A stretch of DNA of 64,000 bases from an uncultured Chloroflexia bacterium. GTDB lineage: Bacteria; Chloroflexota; Chloroflexia; QHBQ01; JADMIH01. The DNA lies in contig CAWCNY010000002.1 of assembly GCA_963797095.1 (NCBI GenBank), positions 160,001 to 224,000 on the forward strand. The letters are read 5' to 3'. The notes below the pieces were generated by a model. The model worked only from the letters and a program-made list of their open reading frames with translations. It searched no databases and was not told where the DNA came from. Of the stretch, positions 1 to 11,725 are shown in pieces. Made by a program: the position numbers and the translations under genes. Numbering within the stretch: position 1 is the stretch's first letter; each line of letters starts with the position of its first letter.

Positions 1-1935
1 GTGGGCACAAGCTCTGCTGCCCTGCGCGCCGACGGCACACTTGCCGGACCTGAGCCGGGTGCTCAAGTGCCCAATGGAGGTGATTGTTGGACGGAAATCG
101 ATGTCCAGAATGTCCTAACAGGAGGCAACTACGTGATGGGCATGGACAGCGACCCTGAGACGGGTAACATCCTCGCCGGAGGTTACTACACCGGTACAGG
201 GATCGGTGAAGGTGCTCAACTGGTAGAGTACCAAAGCGGGAGTAGCTTCCAAATTGTGCCTAACCCGGCAGATATCGGCACGCAGAGCGTTATCAATGGG
301 GTTGGGTCTATCCCATCCACGGACAACGAGTTTTGGCTGGTCGGTAATAGCTTCGTAACGACAGCCACCCTGCCGCTGATCGAGAGATTCGACGGCACCA
401 GCCTGACACACGTACAAAATCCCGACGTTCACCCGTTAAGTTTCCTGAAGGATGTTGACGCCGCCAGCCCTGACTTTGCTATCGCGGTGGGCAGGGAACT
501 GTACGGGCCGGAGAAACCACTTATCGAGGAGTGGGATGGCAGCGATTGGACGTCGGTGCCACCGCCTAATAGCGAGGTTAGCTCACTAACCGGGGTGGTG
601 GCGTTCCCGGATGGGAGGGCTGTAGCCGTTGGTCAAGTGAACTCCCCCGAAACCTATCAATTGGTGTTGAGCCGAAGCACGAGTGGGGTATGGAGTGAGG
701 TGTCTGCCCAGCTTCCAGGTAGTTTCGCCCAGCTCACAGCGGTGGATGCAAGCGGCCCGACCGACGTGTGGGCAGTAGGGTATTACATCAATGCGAGCAA
801 TAACCGCGTGCCCTACTCCCTTCATGGGAATCTCGACACCGCCACATGGACTGTTGTGTCTATGCCGATCCCCACCGGAGCAGGTGTGAGCAGCCAGCCT
901 AGCACGAATGGGGATACGCAGGCTAACACCATAAACTGCCCATCACCCTCTCAGTGCTTTGCAGCAGGTGGGACCACTGATGGTGCCGTTGACAAAACAA
1001 CAGCATGGGAAAGACTTCGGGACGAGTGGAACACATTGCCAGACCCTGCCAACAGTTTCCTTGTTGCGTTCGTGGCATTAAGCTGGTACGGGAATGGTAG
1101 CCCAAAAGGCATGCCGGGAGATGCGACGCAACTGTATGGAGCGGGTAATTACATTGATAGCACCAGCGGATTAAGTCGGGTGGGGGTGCTGAGTTACGAT
1201 ACGTCGTGCGGCGAGCCAGAACCTACGCCCACGCCCGGCGGCCCTACATCGACTCCGGTCGGGGCTACGCCTACGCCTGCTCTTCCTACTGCTACTGCTA
1301 CACCTATAGCCTGTACTCCCGGCCAGTTCTCCGATGTGCCATCGGGCAGCACCTTCTACCCCTTCATCACCTGCCTGGTGAACCGGAATGTTATATCAGG
1401 TTATTCTGATTGCACGTTCCGTCCAGGTAACAATGTTACGCGGGGGCAACTGGCAAAGGTGGTGTCCAATGCCGCGAACTTCCAGGAGCCGGAGACCGGC
1501 CAGACGTTCGAGGACATACCCGTTGGTTCTACATACCATGACTTTATCGAGAGACTGTTTGCACGGGGCATCATAGGCGGATACCCATGCGGAGGGGCGG
1601 GGGAGCCTTGCGTTGGGCCTGGGAACAGGCCATACTTCAGGCCGAACGCCAACTCTACGCGGGGGCAGATATCGAAGATAGTGGCGATAGCTGCCGGGTA
1701 TCAAGACCCCACCAGCAGCCAGACGTTCGAGGACGTGCCTGGAGGCTCCACGTTCCATCTATGGATAGAGAACCTTGCCTCGCGAGGGATCATGTCGGGG
1801 TATGCGTGTGGAGGTGCTGGAGAGCCATGTGTCGGGCCTGGGAACAGGCCATACTTCAGGCCAGCTAACAATGCCACGAGGGGGCAGACTTCCAAGATAG
1901 TGGCCAACACTTTCTTCCCTAGCTGTAACCCTTAG
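1..1935 (+). CDS. Secreted beta-propeller-repeat protein with Pro/Thr linker and C-terminal Cys-containing SLH domains (5' end probably outside the window)
   Basis: WDG..W / DVWAVG repeats, PTPTP linker, three FxDV...TRGQ SLH repeats with [11 protein letters not shown] inserts. Confidence 0.8.
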   Translation: MGTSSAALRADGTLAGPEPGAQVPNGGDCWTEIDVQNVLTGGNYVMGMDSDPETGNILAGGYYTGTGIGEGAQLVEYQSGSSFQIVPNPADIGTQSVINGVGSIPSTDNEFWLVGNSFVTTATLPLIERFDGTSLTHVQNPDVHPLSFLKDVDAASPDFAIAVGRELYGPEKPLIEEWDGSDWTSVPPPNSEVSSLTGVVAFPDGRAVAVGQVNSPETYQLVLSRSTSGVWSEVSAQLPGSFAQLTAVDASGPTDVWAVGYYINASNNRVPYSLHGNLDTATWTVVSMPIPTGAGVSSQPSTNGDTQANTINCPSPSQCFAAGGTTDGAVDKTTAWERLRDEWNTLPDPANSFLVAFVALSWYGNGSPKGMPGDATQLYGAGNYIDSTSGLSRVGVLSYDTSCGEPEPTPTPGGPTSTPVGATPTPALPTATATPIACTPGQFSDVPSGSTFYPFITCLVNRNVISGYSDCTFRPGNNVTRGQLAKVVSNAANFQEPETGQTFEDIPVGSTYHDFIERLFARGIIGGYPCGGAGEPCVGPGNRPYFRPNANSTRGQISKIVAIAAGYQDPTSSQTFEDVPGGSTFHLWIENLASRGIMSGYACGGAGEPCVGPGNRPYFRPANNATRGQTSKIVANTFFPSCNP

Positions 1936-1947
1936 GAATCTGGAAAC

Positions 1948-1995
1948 GGTATGAAGAGGAGAGGTGGCACGTAAGCCACCTCTCCTCTTCATACC
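1948..1995. terminator. Bidirectional intrinsic terminator hairpin between convergent genes
   Basis: Perfect 21-bp inverted repeat GGTATGAAGAGGAGAGGTGGC / GCCACCTCTCCTCTTCATACC with 6-nt loop. Confidence 0.8.
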
Positions 1996-2003
1996 TGATA
2001 TGG

Positions 2004-4389
<2,386 letters not shown>

Positions 4390-4764
4390 CTACGCTGCTA
4401 TCGCCTGTACCTTCTGCTTGGGGGCCAGTATTATGCTTACGCCCGCAGAAACGTGCAGGTCCCCCAGCTTGGTATCTACTATATCGAGTATGCGCTTGAA
4501 CTCATTGGTTGCCGTGTACACCTCAGTATACACGCCGAGCGGGTTCGTGCCTATGTAGCTGACGAACTCTGCCTCAGGAAAGACCTCGCGTACGGCGCGG
4601 GTAATGCGCCCGATGGCGTCCTGCACCCGCTCGTCACGCAAGTCGATATACACTAACTGCTCGTTGATGATGGGCTTGGTGTTGATGGGGGTCGGCTCTC
4701 CGACCTCCGAAAGGTCAAACTCCGCTACCGCTCCTACTTCGATGCCTGCTCCTACCGGTTCCAT
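4390..4764 (-). CDS. Hypothetical protein (possible degenerate nucleotidyltransferase-like alpha/beta fold)
   Basis: 124-aa ORF with AGGAGG RBS, co-oriented with neighbours; the fold assignment is a guess. Confidence 0.6.
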   Translation of the reverse strand: MEPVGAGIEVGAVAEFDLSEVGEPTPINTKPIINEQLVYIDLRDERVQDAIGRITRAVREVFPEAEFVSYIGTNPLGVYTEVYTATNEFKRILDIVDTKLGDLHVSAGVSIILAPKQKVQAIAA

Positions 4765-4786
4765 TTCGGGCCTCCTGTGCCTGTAC

Positions 4787-4865
4787 GAAGTTCCTGGTTT
4801 CTGGTTCCAAGTTCCTGGTTGGATAGCTAATAACTAGGAACCAGGAACTAGCAACTTGGAACTTC
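4787..4865. repeat. Palindromic period-7 repeat (GTTCCTG/CAGGAAC family)
   Basis: GTTCCTG-GTTTCTG-GTTCCAA-GTTCCTG arm and complementary GAACCAG arm. Confidence 0.75.
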
Positions 4866-4870
4866 CGTGC

Positions 4871-5512
4871 CTAGGTCCTTGCTTCGAGCACTACCACCTG
4901 CATAGGGCCTTCATCATCGGAGCCTTTGACCGTGAGCTTCTCCTGAGGGGTCCACTCTTTTATGCCTATCTCCTTCATAAACCTGTCCAGCGCATCCAGT
5001 TCGACCAATTCTTTGCCTGTTGAATAGTGCATGGGTATAACGATGTGCGGTTCGATCTGGCTTATGACTTCGCTGGCCTTGTTCGCGCTGAGTGCGTTGT
5101 GGCCGCCTACCGGTACCATCAGCACATCGACATCGCCCAGGGCCTCGAGCTGGTGCGAGTTGAGTGTGTGGCCCAGCGCGCCAAGATGGCACACTACCGC
5201 GTCGTCCAGGTGAAAGATGAAGATATTGTTTCTACCTAGCTCCTTACCCTCTTTGCTGTCTGCGAAGGACCAGACGCCTGTAACAAATACACCCCGGACT
5301 TCGTATTCGCCGGGGCCTCTTACCACGAAGGGTTCGCCCTTCACGCCTGGTGTCGCGCTGTGGTGTGGGTGTTCGTGAGAAATGGTGACGATTTCGGCCT
5401 TCTGGTTTAGCGTGCCCAGACCGAGGCTTTTATCGTAGGGGTCGGTGATAACGGTGGCGTCGCGGCTCTTGATGCGGAAGCAGGCGTGTCCCAGCCATGT
5501 GATTTCTGCCAA
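4871..5512 (-). CDS. MBL-fold metallo-hydrolase (Lactamase_B_3-like)
   Basis: ITWLGHACF, ITDPY, SHEHPHH, GPGEYE, IPMHY. Confidence 0.9.
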   Translation of the reverse strand: MAEITWLGHACFRIKSRDATVITDPYDKSLGLGTLNQKAEIVTISHEHPHHSATPGVKGEPFVVRGPGEYEVRGVFVTGVWSFADSKEGKELGRNNIFIFHLDDAVVCHLGALGHTLNSHQLEALGDVDVLMVPVGGHNALSANKASEVISQIEPHIVIPMHYSTGKELVELDALDRFMKEIGIKEWTPQEKLTVKGSDDEGPMQVVVLEART

Positions 5513-6019
5513 TAGATTTACCTTCTTTCATAGGCAGAAGGCCGGCCATTTCGGCTTCGGCCTTCCGCAAAAATACCATGTAATTGTACCAAAATGACCG
5601 TTTTGCACGCAAATGTGGAAAAGTGCAAAAATGGAAGGCCTCTTGGCAATAACCTCCTATTATACGAATCAGGTTCAATTCACCTGACACAGAAGACTAT
5701 GCTACAAACCTGCAAGTCTGTTTCATGCCTTTGATAGTCCAGAAGGTACAGGGCATTGTCAGGATGGTAACTGGGCGGGTAGTAATTTCGTGACGAATTT
5801 GCCGCGTCCAGTTCGAGGTTTGGTGAAAAATGGAGGTTGTTCATTTTCGACCTCGGAATATAGAATTATTACAGATGCGCCCAGTAGTCTACAGTCTTAC
5901 TCACCACAGTACTTCGGTTATCACGCTTGGACGCCCACAGAGACCTCCCATCCACAAGGAGAGATCAATGTCGACCTCTATCAACTCAATCCAAGTGATG
6001 ACCCTGTAACCGGTACGAG

Positions 6020-6737
6020 GGATAGCGGTTGAGGCCGATAAGCGCCAGGTAAGGTCCGAACGCGTGCCAGTTGAGCATGGTGGCGAGGGTGAACTCGCCG
6101 ATCACGATGGCGAACGTCAGGAACGCTCCGCTGAGGAGTGCTACTCGCAAGTTGGGGAAGGTCACCCGAAATAGTATAGTGACCCAGTTTGCCCCCAGGC
6201 TCTGGGCGCCTCGGTGAGCGCCCGCACGTCCATTGCCCGCAATCCTGTATCGACCGCGCGATACATATAAGGGAGGGCGAGCACCACGTAGCCCGCTACG
6301 AGGAGCGCCGGGCTGGAGACAAGAGGGAGCGGGCCTCCGCTATAATTCCGGATCAGCCCGAACACCGGCACGATGGCGGGCACCACGAAAGGCAACAGCG
6401 TGATGAACTCGATCAGCGGGCGCAGTCGCGGCAGCTTGAGATGCACCCAGTAGGCCGTCGGCACGATCAGCACCAGGCTTACCACTATTGTGGATACGGC
6501 CATCAACGTCGAAAAGAGGAAGGTGTCGCGGAACTGCGTGTCGGCGAGCACGTTGGCATAGGCGTCAAAGCCGTACTTATCGCGTCCAGCCGCCCGCAGC
6601 GAGAACTCGAACGTGCCGTACAGAGGCACCAGAAAATAGAGCGCGCCCACAATGATAATGCGCCACGACCAGAAGGGCACCCAGAACTTGCCGCTCAGCT
6701 TCCCCGCAGCCACCTCGCGCTCCAGCGCTGAAGCCAC
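6020..6737 (-). pseudogene. ABC importer permease (PotC/FbpB-like), frameshifted near 6205 and 3'-truncated
   Basis: ITLLPFVVPAIV, LPYMYRAVD; EAA loop broken by a 1-nt loss; continuation LGANWVTILFRV..PNLRVALLSGAFLTFAIVIGEF in the next frame. Confidence 0.8.
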
Positions 6738-7604
6738 GAGTATGCGCCTATGGAGATCGCCATGATCACCACCATACCGAGGGCGAGCGCGTAGCCCAGG
6801 TTAGGGTTATGCAGCACATCGCCGCGAATTTGTGCCCCGATCTGGATGGTTATGAGGTTGAGCGAGCCGCCCGTGAGGGCGAAGGCGGTGGCATACGCCC
6901 CGAATGCGTTCCCAAAGAGGAGGATCATCGTGCCGAGCAGCGAAGGCATGAGGATGGGGAGGGCAATGTGTCGCCAGTACTGCGAGGGAGTGGCCCTCAG
7001 GTTCTCCGATGCCTCGCGCCACTCCCTTTTGAGGCCGTCGAGCGCGGGGGCGATGATCAGCACCATATGGGGAACTGGAAATAGAGGTAGGTGAGGCTCA
7101 GGCCCCAGAACGTATAGAGGCTGAACCCGCCGTTGTAGACGTCCAGGCCGATGTTCTTCAACAGTACAGTGAGGAACCCTGTACGCTCCAGGGTGGCTAT
7201 GAAGGCGAAGGCGAGGGGCACGCCCGCGAAGTTGGAGGCCACCCCGAAAAGGTCATCAGCGCCGAGCGCACCCATTGCGGTAGTCCACCTATCACCACGG
7301 CATACGCCAGCAGGAAGCCGAATATGCCGCCGCCAAGAGCGGTAACGGCGCTAACTTCGACGCTCAGAATATACGAATTGAGGATAAACGGCTGGAACAG
7401 ATCGCCTATGTTGGCGAGGGTGACGTTGCCCGCATCGTCCTGAAAGCTGCCGATCAAGAGGTAGGCGCTGGGCAAGATGAGAAAGAGGAAGGCAAACGCT
7501 ATGAAAGGCATGACACCCAGCCATGCCCATGTGCCTGTGCGCACCAGCCTGCGGGCCTGTGGCGCTTCGGCGGTCGCGATAGGTCTATCTAAAGCCTGTG
7601 CCAA
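6695..7604 (-). pseudogene. ABC importer permease (PotB-like), two frameshifts (about 7243 and 7068)
   Basis: Three consecutive ORF pieces join into one permease (SNFAGVPLAFAF; WREASENLRA EAA motif). Confidence 0.85.
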
Positions 7605-7695
7605 ATGCTAAATCTCCCGCCCCTGCGCCGGCCCTCCCCTCGCGGGGAAGACCGGCGACAATAAGGATTGGAGGAAAGGAACCGAGATGTATGCT

Positions 7696-8945
7696 TTACT
7701 CTACGTCAGCACCGACCAAGCTGTCCCAGTTCTTGGTGATCGTTTCGTTGGCCTTGCTGAGTTGGCCGAGGGTGGGGAACTGGGCCTTGGCATATACATC
7801 GGCGGGAGGGAGCTTGGCTGCCAGGTCTGCGGGGATCGCGTTCCTGCTCGCCAGGTCGTTATAGTGGATCGGGTGGCAGTAGCCGTTCAGCCATGCTAGC
7901 TGGCCTTCGTCCGAGTAGAGGTACTCCATCCAGAGCTGAGCGGCGTTGGGTGAGGCGCATAGGCGCCGATCGCCTGCACGTACACTCCCGCCGGCACGCC
8001 ATTGGACGGCACGATCACATCAACCTTGGGATTGTCCTTGAGGGCATCCTTGTCGGCCAGCGCGTTGTAGTCCCAGCGCAGCACGATGAGGGTCTCGCCC
8101 TTGGCGACCGTTCCTTGCTTGGCGATCACGGGCACGAAGATGCCGCCCTTGTTCAGGGTAGCGAAGAAGTTGAGGCCCGGCTGCACGTTGTCGAGTGAGC
8201 CACCGGTGCCGAGGGCAACAGCGGTCACGCCGTTGATCGCGTGGCTGGATGTACGAGGGTCGCCCGCGAGGGCCACCTGGCCCTTGTACTCAGGCTTGTT
8301 CAGGTCGGACCACTCCTGGGGGACGTTCGTCACCACATCGGCGTTCACTTCAAGAGCCATAACACCATAGTAGTCGCCGTACCAGTAGCCGTCGGCGTCT
8401 TTGGCGCTGTCGGGGATGGTGTCCCACGTAGATACCTTGTAAGGCTGGATCAACTGGTCGGTCTTGGCCGAAGGGCCGAACGATAGGCCAACGTCGATCA
8501 CGTCGGGGGCTTGTGGGCCTTTGTTGTCCTTGTTTGCCTTGATTGCCTCGACCTCATCGCCCGATCCGGCGTCGGGGGTTAGCTCATTGACCGAAAGGCC
8601 GTACTTGGCCTTGAGGCCATCGATCACCGCGCCGTAGCCGCACCAATCGTGCGGTAGCGCGATGGTGGTCAGAGTGCCTTCCGCCTTGGCGTCTGATACC
8701 AGCTTATCCATATCGGCTGACATCGAGGAGTCTGTGCCTGATGACGAGCTACTTGCGGTGGTGGCCGTCGGCGCGACCGGCGTGGCGGTGGGCGTATCGC
8801 CGCAGGCCGACAGCAGGGCGCTGCCCCCAAGCAGCAAAGCCATAGCCATTCCCGTTAATTTGCGACTTGTTGTTTTCAATGTAGAAGATCCTCCTCCTGG
8901 TATAAGGTACCAGCAACGGCAGCTCAGTCGTAACGCACCTACCAA
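7696..8945 (-). pseudogene. ABC importer substrate-binding lipoprotein (PotD/iron-thiamine family), frameshift near 7938
   Basis: Lipobox LSAC; APDVIDVG, WYGDYYG; APHP(N)AAQLWMEYLYSDEGQ split across frames; true start probably downstream of 8945. Confidence 0.85.
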
Positions 8946-9020
8946 ATGCCGCTTGACAGACTACTAGCAGCCGGATGTTAGGGGGTTGTTATTTGGCCTT
9001 TAACCAGTGTTAACAACATC

Positions 9021-9091
9021 TTTTCCACAGGTCATGTGGAATAGTGCAAACATGCGCATGTTTCGAACAATAAACATAAGATTGTGGAAAA
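9021..9091. promoter_or_regulatory. Cluster of DnaA-type boxes plus a 16-bp palindrome
   Basis: TTTTCCACA 9021-9029, TGTGGAATA 9035-9043 (1 mismatch), TGTGGAAAA 9083-9091 against TTWTNCACA; AAACATGCGCATGTTT at 9048-9063. Confidence 0.5.
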
Positions 9092-9096
9092 CCCAC

Positions 9097-9126
9097 TTGA
9101 CATATCATCCAGGCTGCGGATATAAG
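9097..9126 (+). promoter_or_regulatory. Sigma70-type promoter of the CHAP-like gene
   Basis: TTGACA-18 bp-TATAAG. Confidence 0.65.
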
Positions 9127-9131
9127 GTAAT

Positions 9132-9145
9132 AGAACATAAGTTCT
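9132..9145. promoter_or_regulatory. LexA (SOS) operator, Gram-positive/Dehalococcoides type
   Basis: AGAAC-ATAA-GTTCT, perfect GAAC-N4-GTTC, lying over the expected transcription start. Confidence 0.75.
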
Positions 9146-9192
9146 GATAGGTAATTGAAGCTGTATTTAGAGAAGTTTCAGGAGTTAGAGAG

Positions 9193-10140
9193 ATGTTCAA
9201 GAGCATAGTAGCGAGGAAGTTGGCACTGGCGACAATAAGCATTACATTCATCGCGCTGGGAGTTGGCTCGGCGCATGCAGAGAGCACCACACCCGGCGGG
9301 CACACCAACCCTTATCCCTATGGTACAGAGCAATACTGGGCGTGGCAGAACAGACCGGATCTTCCGGGCAACCTGGGTGAGCCTTACACCTGGGACGACA
9401 ACGCGGGCAGGCTTGGCTGGCCCGTGAGCGAGTACCCGCGCAGGGGCGACGTGGCGGTGTTCGAGCCGGGGGTGCTTGGTGTCGATGTAACACGGGGGCA
9501 GGTGGCTTTCGTGGAGCAGGTGCTGGCCGATGGCAAGTTCACGGTCAGTTTGATGGACGACACAGAGTGCAGCGCGTGCGGGCGCATTGACCGGAGAGAT
9601 TACGAGCTTGCCCCGGGCACCAGCTTTATCCACTACCAGAAGGACACGCGCACAACCTGGGGATTCCAGAGCGGGCAGTCTGGTTGGACGGCGAGCGACG
9701 TCGATGCGGGCAACCTGGGAGGGCCAGGGTGGTATTATCCTCTGGCGGGTGCCGACCCCAATCTGGTTAGCCCCGACCTTGAGATACCGCTCGATTACTA
9801 CAACACTATCGAAGTGGATATCGCCCAGGGCATACCGGTTAGCGATCCTACGATGCAGGTCTATTTCGCGACGGATGCGCAGTCCGAATTCACCGAAGCC
9901 AACTCGGTCACGGTGCGCGGGCTTGCGGATGGCGAGCTACACCGCTACAGCTTCTTCTTCGGCGGCAACCCCAACTGGAAAGGCACTCTCGTCCGGCTCA
10001 GGCTCGACCCGGCGGGCGCGGGCACGAAGGGTGGGGTGCGCATTGACCGCGTGCGCCTGGTCCAATCCGAAGGCCAACCGCCTGTATACACCGCGCTAAA
10101 CGAGACACCGTTGGATACGCACGGCGGGCGGCAGCGATAG
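9193..10140 (+). CDS. Secreted CHAP-like domain protein (catalytic Cys and His replaced) with C-terminal beta-sandwich/CBM-like domain
   Basis: Signal peptide ending AHA; NPYPYGTEQYWA, PRRGDVAVF, GQVAFVEQV; C-terminal WKG..RLRLDP. Confidence 0.8.
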   Translation: MFKSIVARKLALATISITFIALGVGSAHAESTTPGGHTNPYPYGTEQYWAWQNRPDLPGNLGEPYTWDDNAGRLGWPVSEYPRRGDVAVFEPGVLGVDVTRGQVAFVEQVLADGKFTVSLMDDTECSACGRIDRRDYELAPGTSFIHYQKDTRTTWGFQSGQSGWTASDVDAGNLGGPGWYYPLAGADPNLVSPDLEIPLDYYNTIEVDIAQGIPVSDPTMQVYFATDAQSEFTEANSVTVRGLADGELHRYSFFFGGNPNWKGTLVRLRLDPAGAGTKGGVRIDRVRLVQSEGQPPVYTALNETPLDTHGGRQR

Positions 10141-10156
10141 TGGTTCAAAACAAGTC

Positions 10157-11410
10157 TCACTCTTGCCATTCGCGCAGCACCAGCACTCCGTTCTGGCCGC
10201 CGAAGCCGAAGCCGTTTACGAGGGCTGCGCGTATCTTCATGGCGCGGGCTTCGTTCGGCACATAGTCGAGGTCGCATTCGGGGTCGGGGTACTGGTAATT
10301 GATCGTTGGCGGGGCGATCCCCTCTTTGATGGCGAGGGTTGCCGCCACCGCCGAGAACGCCCCTGCTGCGCCCAGCGCGTGCCCTACCATGCTTTTGTTG
10401 GAGGACACAGGCACTTTGTAGGCCAGGTCGCCGAGGGCCTTCTTGATGGCCGCCGTTTCCGCCACATCGTTGAGTGGTGTGGACGTGCCGTGCGCCGCTA
10501 TATAGTCAATATCGTCGGGAGTAAGTCCTGTGTATTTGAGGGCGCGGGTGATCGCCTTGGCTGCGCCTACGCCGCCCGGTGCCGGGGCCGTCACATGGTA
10601 AGCATCGGCCGTCAATGCGCCCCCAAGCACTTCGGCGTAGATCTTCGCGCCGCGTGCGATGGCGCTCTCGGCGCTTTCTAGGATGGCGCAGGCTGCCCCT
10701 TCGCTGTAGACAAAGCCGTCGCGCTTCAAGTCGAACGGGCGGCTTACCTGTTCGGGTGGTAATTCACTGTTCTTCGATAGAGCCTGCATGTTGGCTAGAG
10801 AGGCTATCGCCAGGTCGGTGATGAACAACTCGGTGCCGCCGGTGATAGCCATCTCGGCCTCGCCTCGCATGATGAAATGGTAGGCATCCACGAAGGAGAA
10901 GATGCCGCTGGCACAGGCTGCCACGCTGGTGGTGGCGGGGCCATGTGTGCCCAATTGCAGCGACACCTGGCACGAGGCCATGTTGGAGATCATTGCAGGC
11001 AGCACCATCGGCGTGACCGAGCGCATCCCCTTGTCGCGCACGATCAGGCTTGCCTCTTGCATCACGTCGAGGCCGCCCCCGCCCGTCGCCATCACCACCG
11101 CCACATCGTCAGAGTTCTCCTCGGTTATCACATAGCCCGAGTCGTCAAGTGCCTGCTTTGCCACGGCCACAGCGTAATGCGCGAAGCGAGCCATCCGGCG
11201 CGCGGCCTTCGGCTCGATGTATTCGTCGGCGTTGAAGCCCTTCACCTCGCCTGCGATCTTTACAGGCGAGTTGGTGATATCGAATCGCGTGATATACGAA
11301 ATACCCGATTTCCCAGCTATCAGGTTGCGCCAGAACTCCTCTGTCGTGTTGCCAATAGGCGTCACGGCGCCAAGCCCGGTGATCACCACTCTTCTATTGC
11401 TATAAGCCAA
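10157..11410 (-). CDS. fabF: Beta-ketoacyl-ACP synthase II (copy 2)
   Basis: RRVVITGLG, AACASG, AHGTST, GHALGA, NGFGFGG; Cys-His-His intact. Confidence 0.93.
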   Translation of the reverse strand: MAYSNRRVVITGLGAVTPIGNTTEEFWRNLIAGKSGISYITRFDITNSPVKIAGEVKGFNADEYIEPKAARRMARFAHYAVAVAKQALDDSGYVITEENSDDVAVVMATGGGGLDVMQEASLIVRDKGMRSVTPMVLPAMISNMASCQVSLQLGTHGPATTSVAACASGIFSFVDAYHFIMRGEAEMAITGGTELFITDLAIASLANMQALSKNSELPPEQVSRPFDLKRDGFVYSEGAACAILESAESAIARGAKIYAEVLGGALTADAYHVTAPAPGGVGAAKAITRALKYTGLTPDDIDYIAAHGTSTPLNDVAETAAIKKALGDLAYKVPVSSNKSMVGHALGAAGAFSAVAATLAIKEGIAPPTINYQYPDPECDLDYVPNEARAMKIRAALVNGFGFGGQNGVLVLREWQE

Positions 11411-11525
11411 TTCTATCTCCTCTTGCTTATTTATTTCAGGGGTACAGGGATAAGGTAACAGTCAGAAGTATGACTTCACACGATCCGCTGATGAAAATGT
11501 GGCGGGAAAATCTCCCTGTTCCTCC

Positions 11526-11637
11526 TGTCATCCTGGACGAAGTGAAGGATCTCGCTCTCCAGGATCATCTACAGGAGAGTACCAAGCCAAAAGGTATTTC
11601 GAAAGGATCGAGATCCTTCACTTCGTCCAGGATGACA
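11526..11637. repeat. REP-like inverted-repeat element
   Basis: 29-bp perfect inverted arms TGTCATCCTGGACGAAGTGAAGGATCTCG / CGAGATCCTTCACTTCGTCCAGGATGACA around a 54-nt spacer. Confidence 0.8.
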
Positions 11638-11725
11638 ACCTCCTTGTTGGTTCGTTTCCTGGGGCATTTTCGTTAGTACTCTACTGACTAATCTCCACAC
11701 CTCTGCGTCTCTGCGGTAAATCCCT

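Noticed and set aside
5790-6032. 80-aa ORF as a real gene
   Set aside because: No RBS or recognisable motif; it spans the apparent deletion junction.
9021-9091. Replication origin
   Set aside because: Only 2-3 DnaA-type boxes, no dnaA/dnaN or clear unwinding element; a regulatory role fits better. Single boxes at 5614 and 25597 could be chance.
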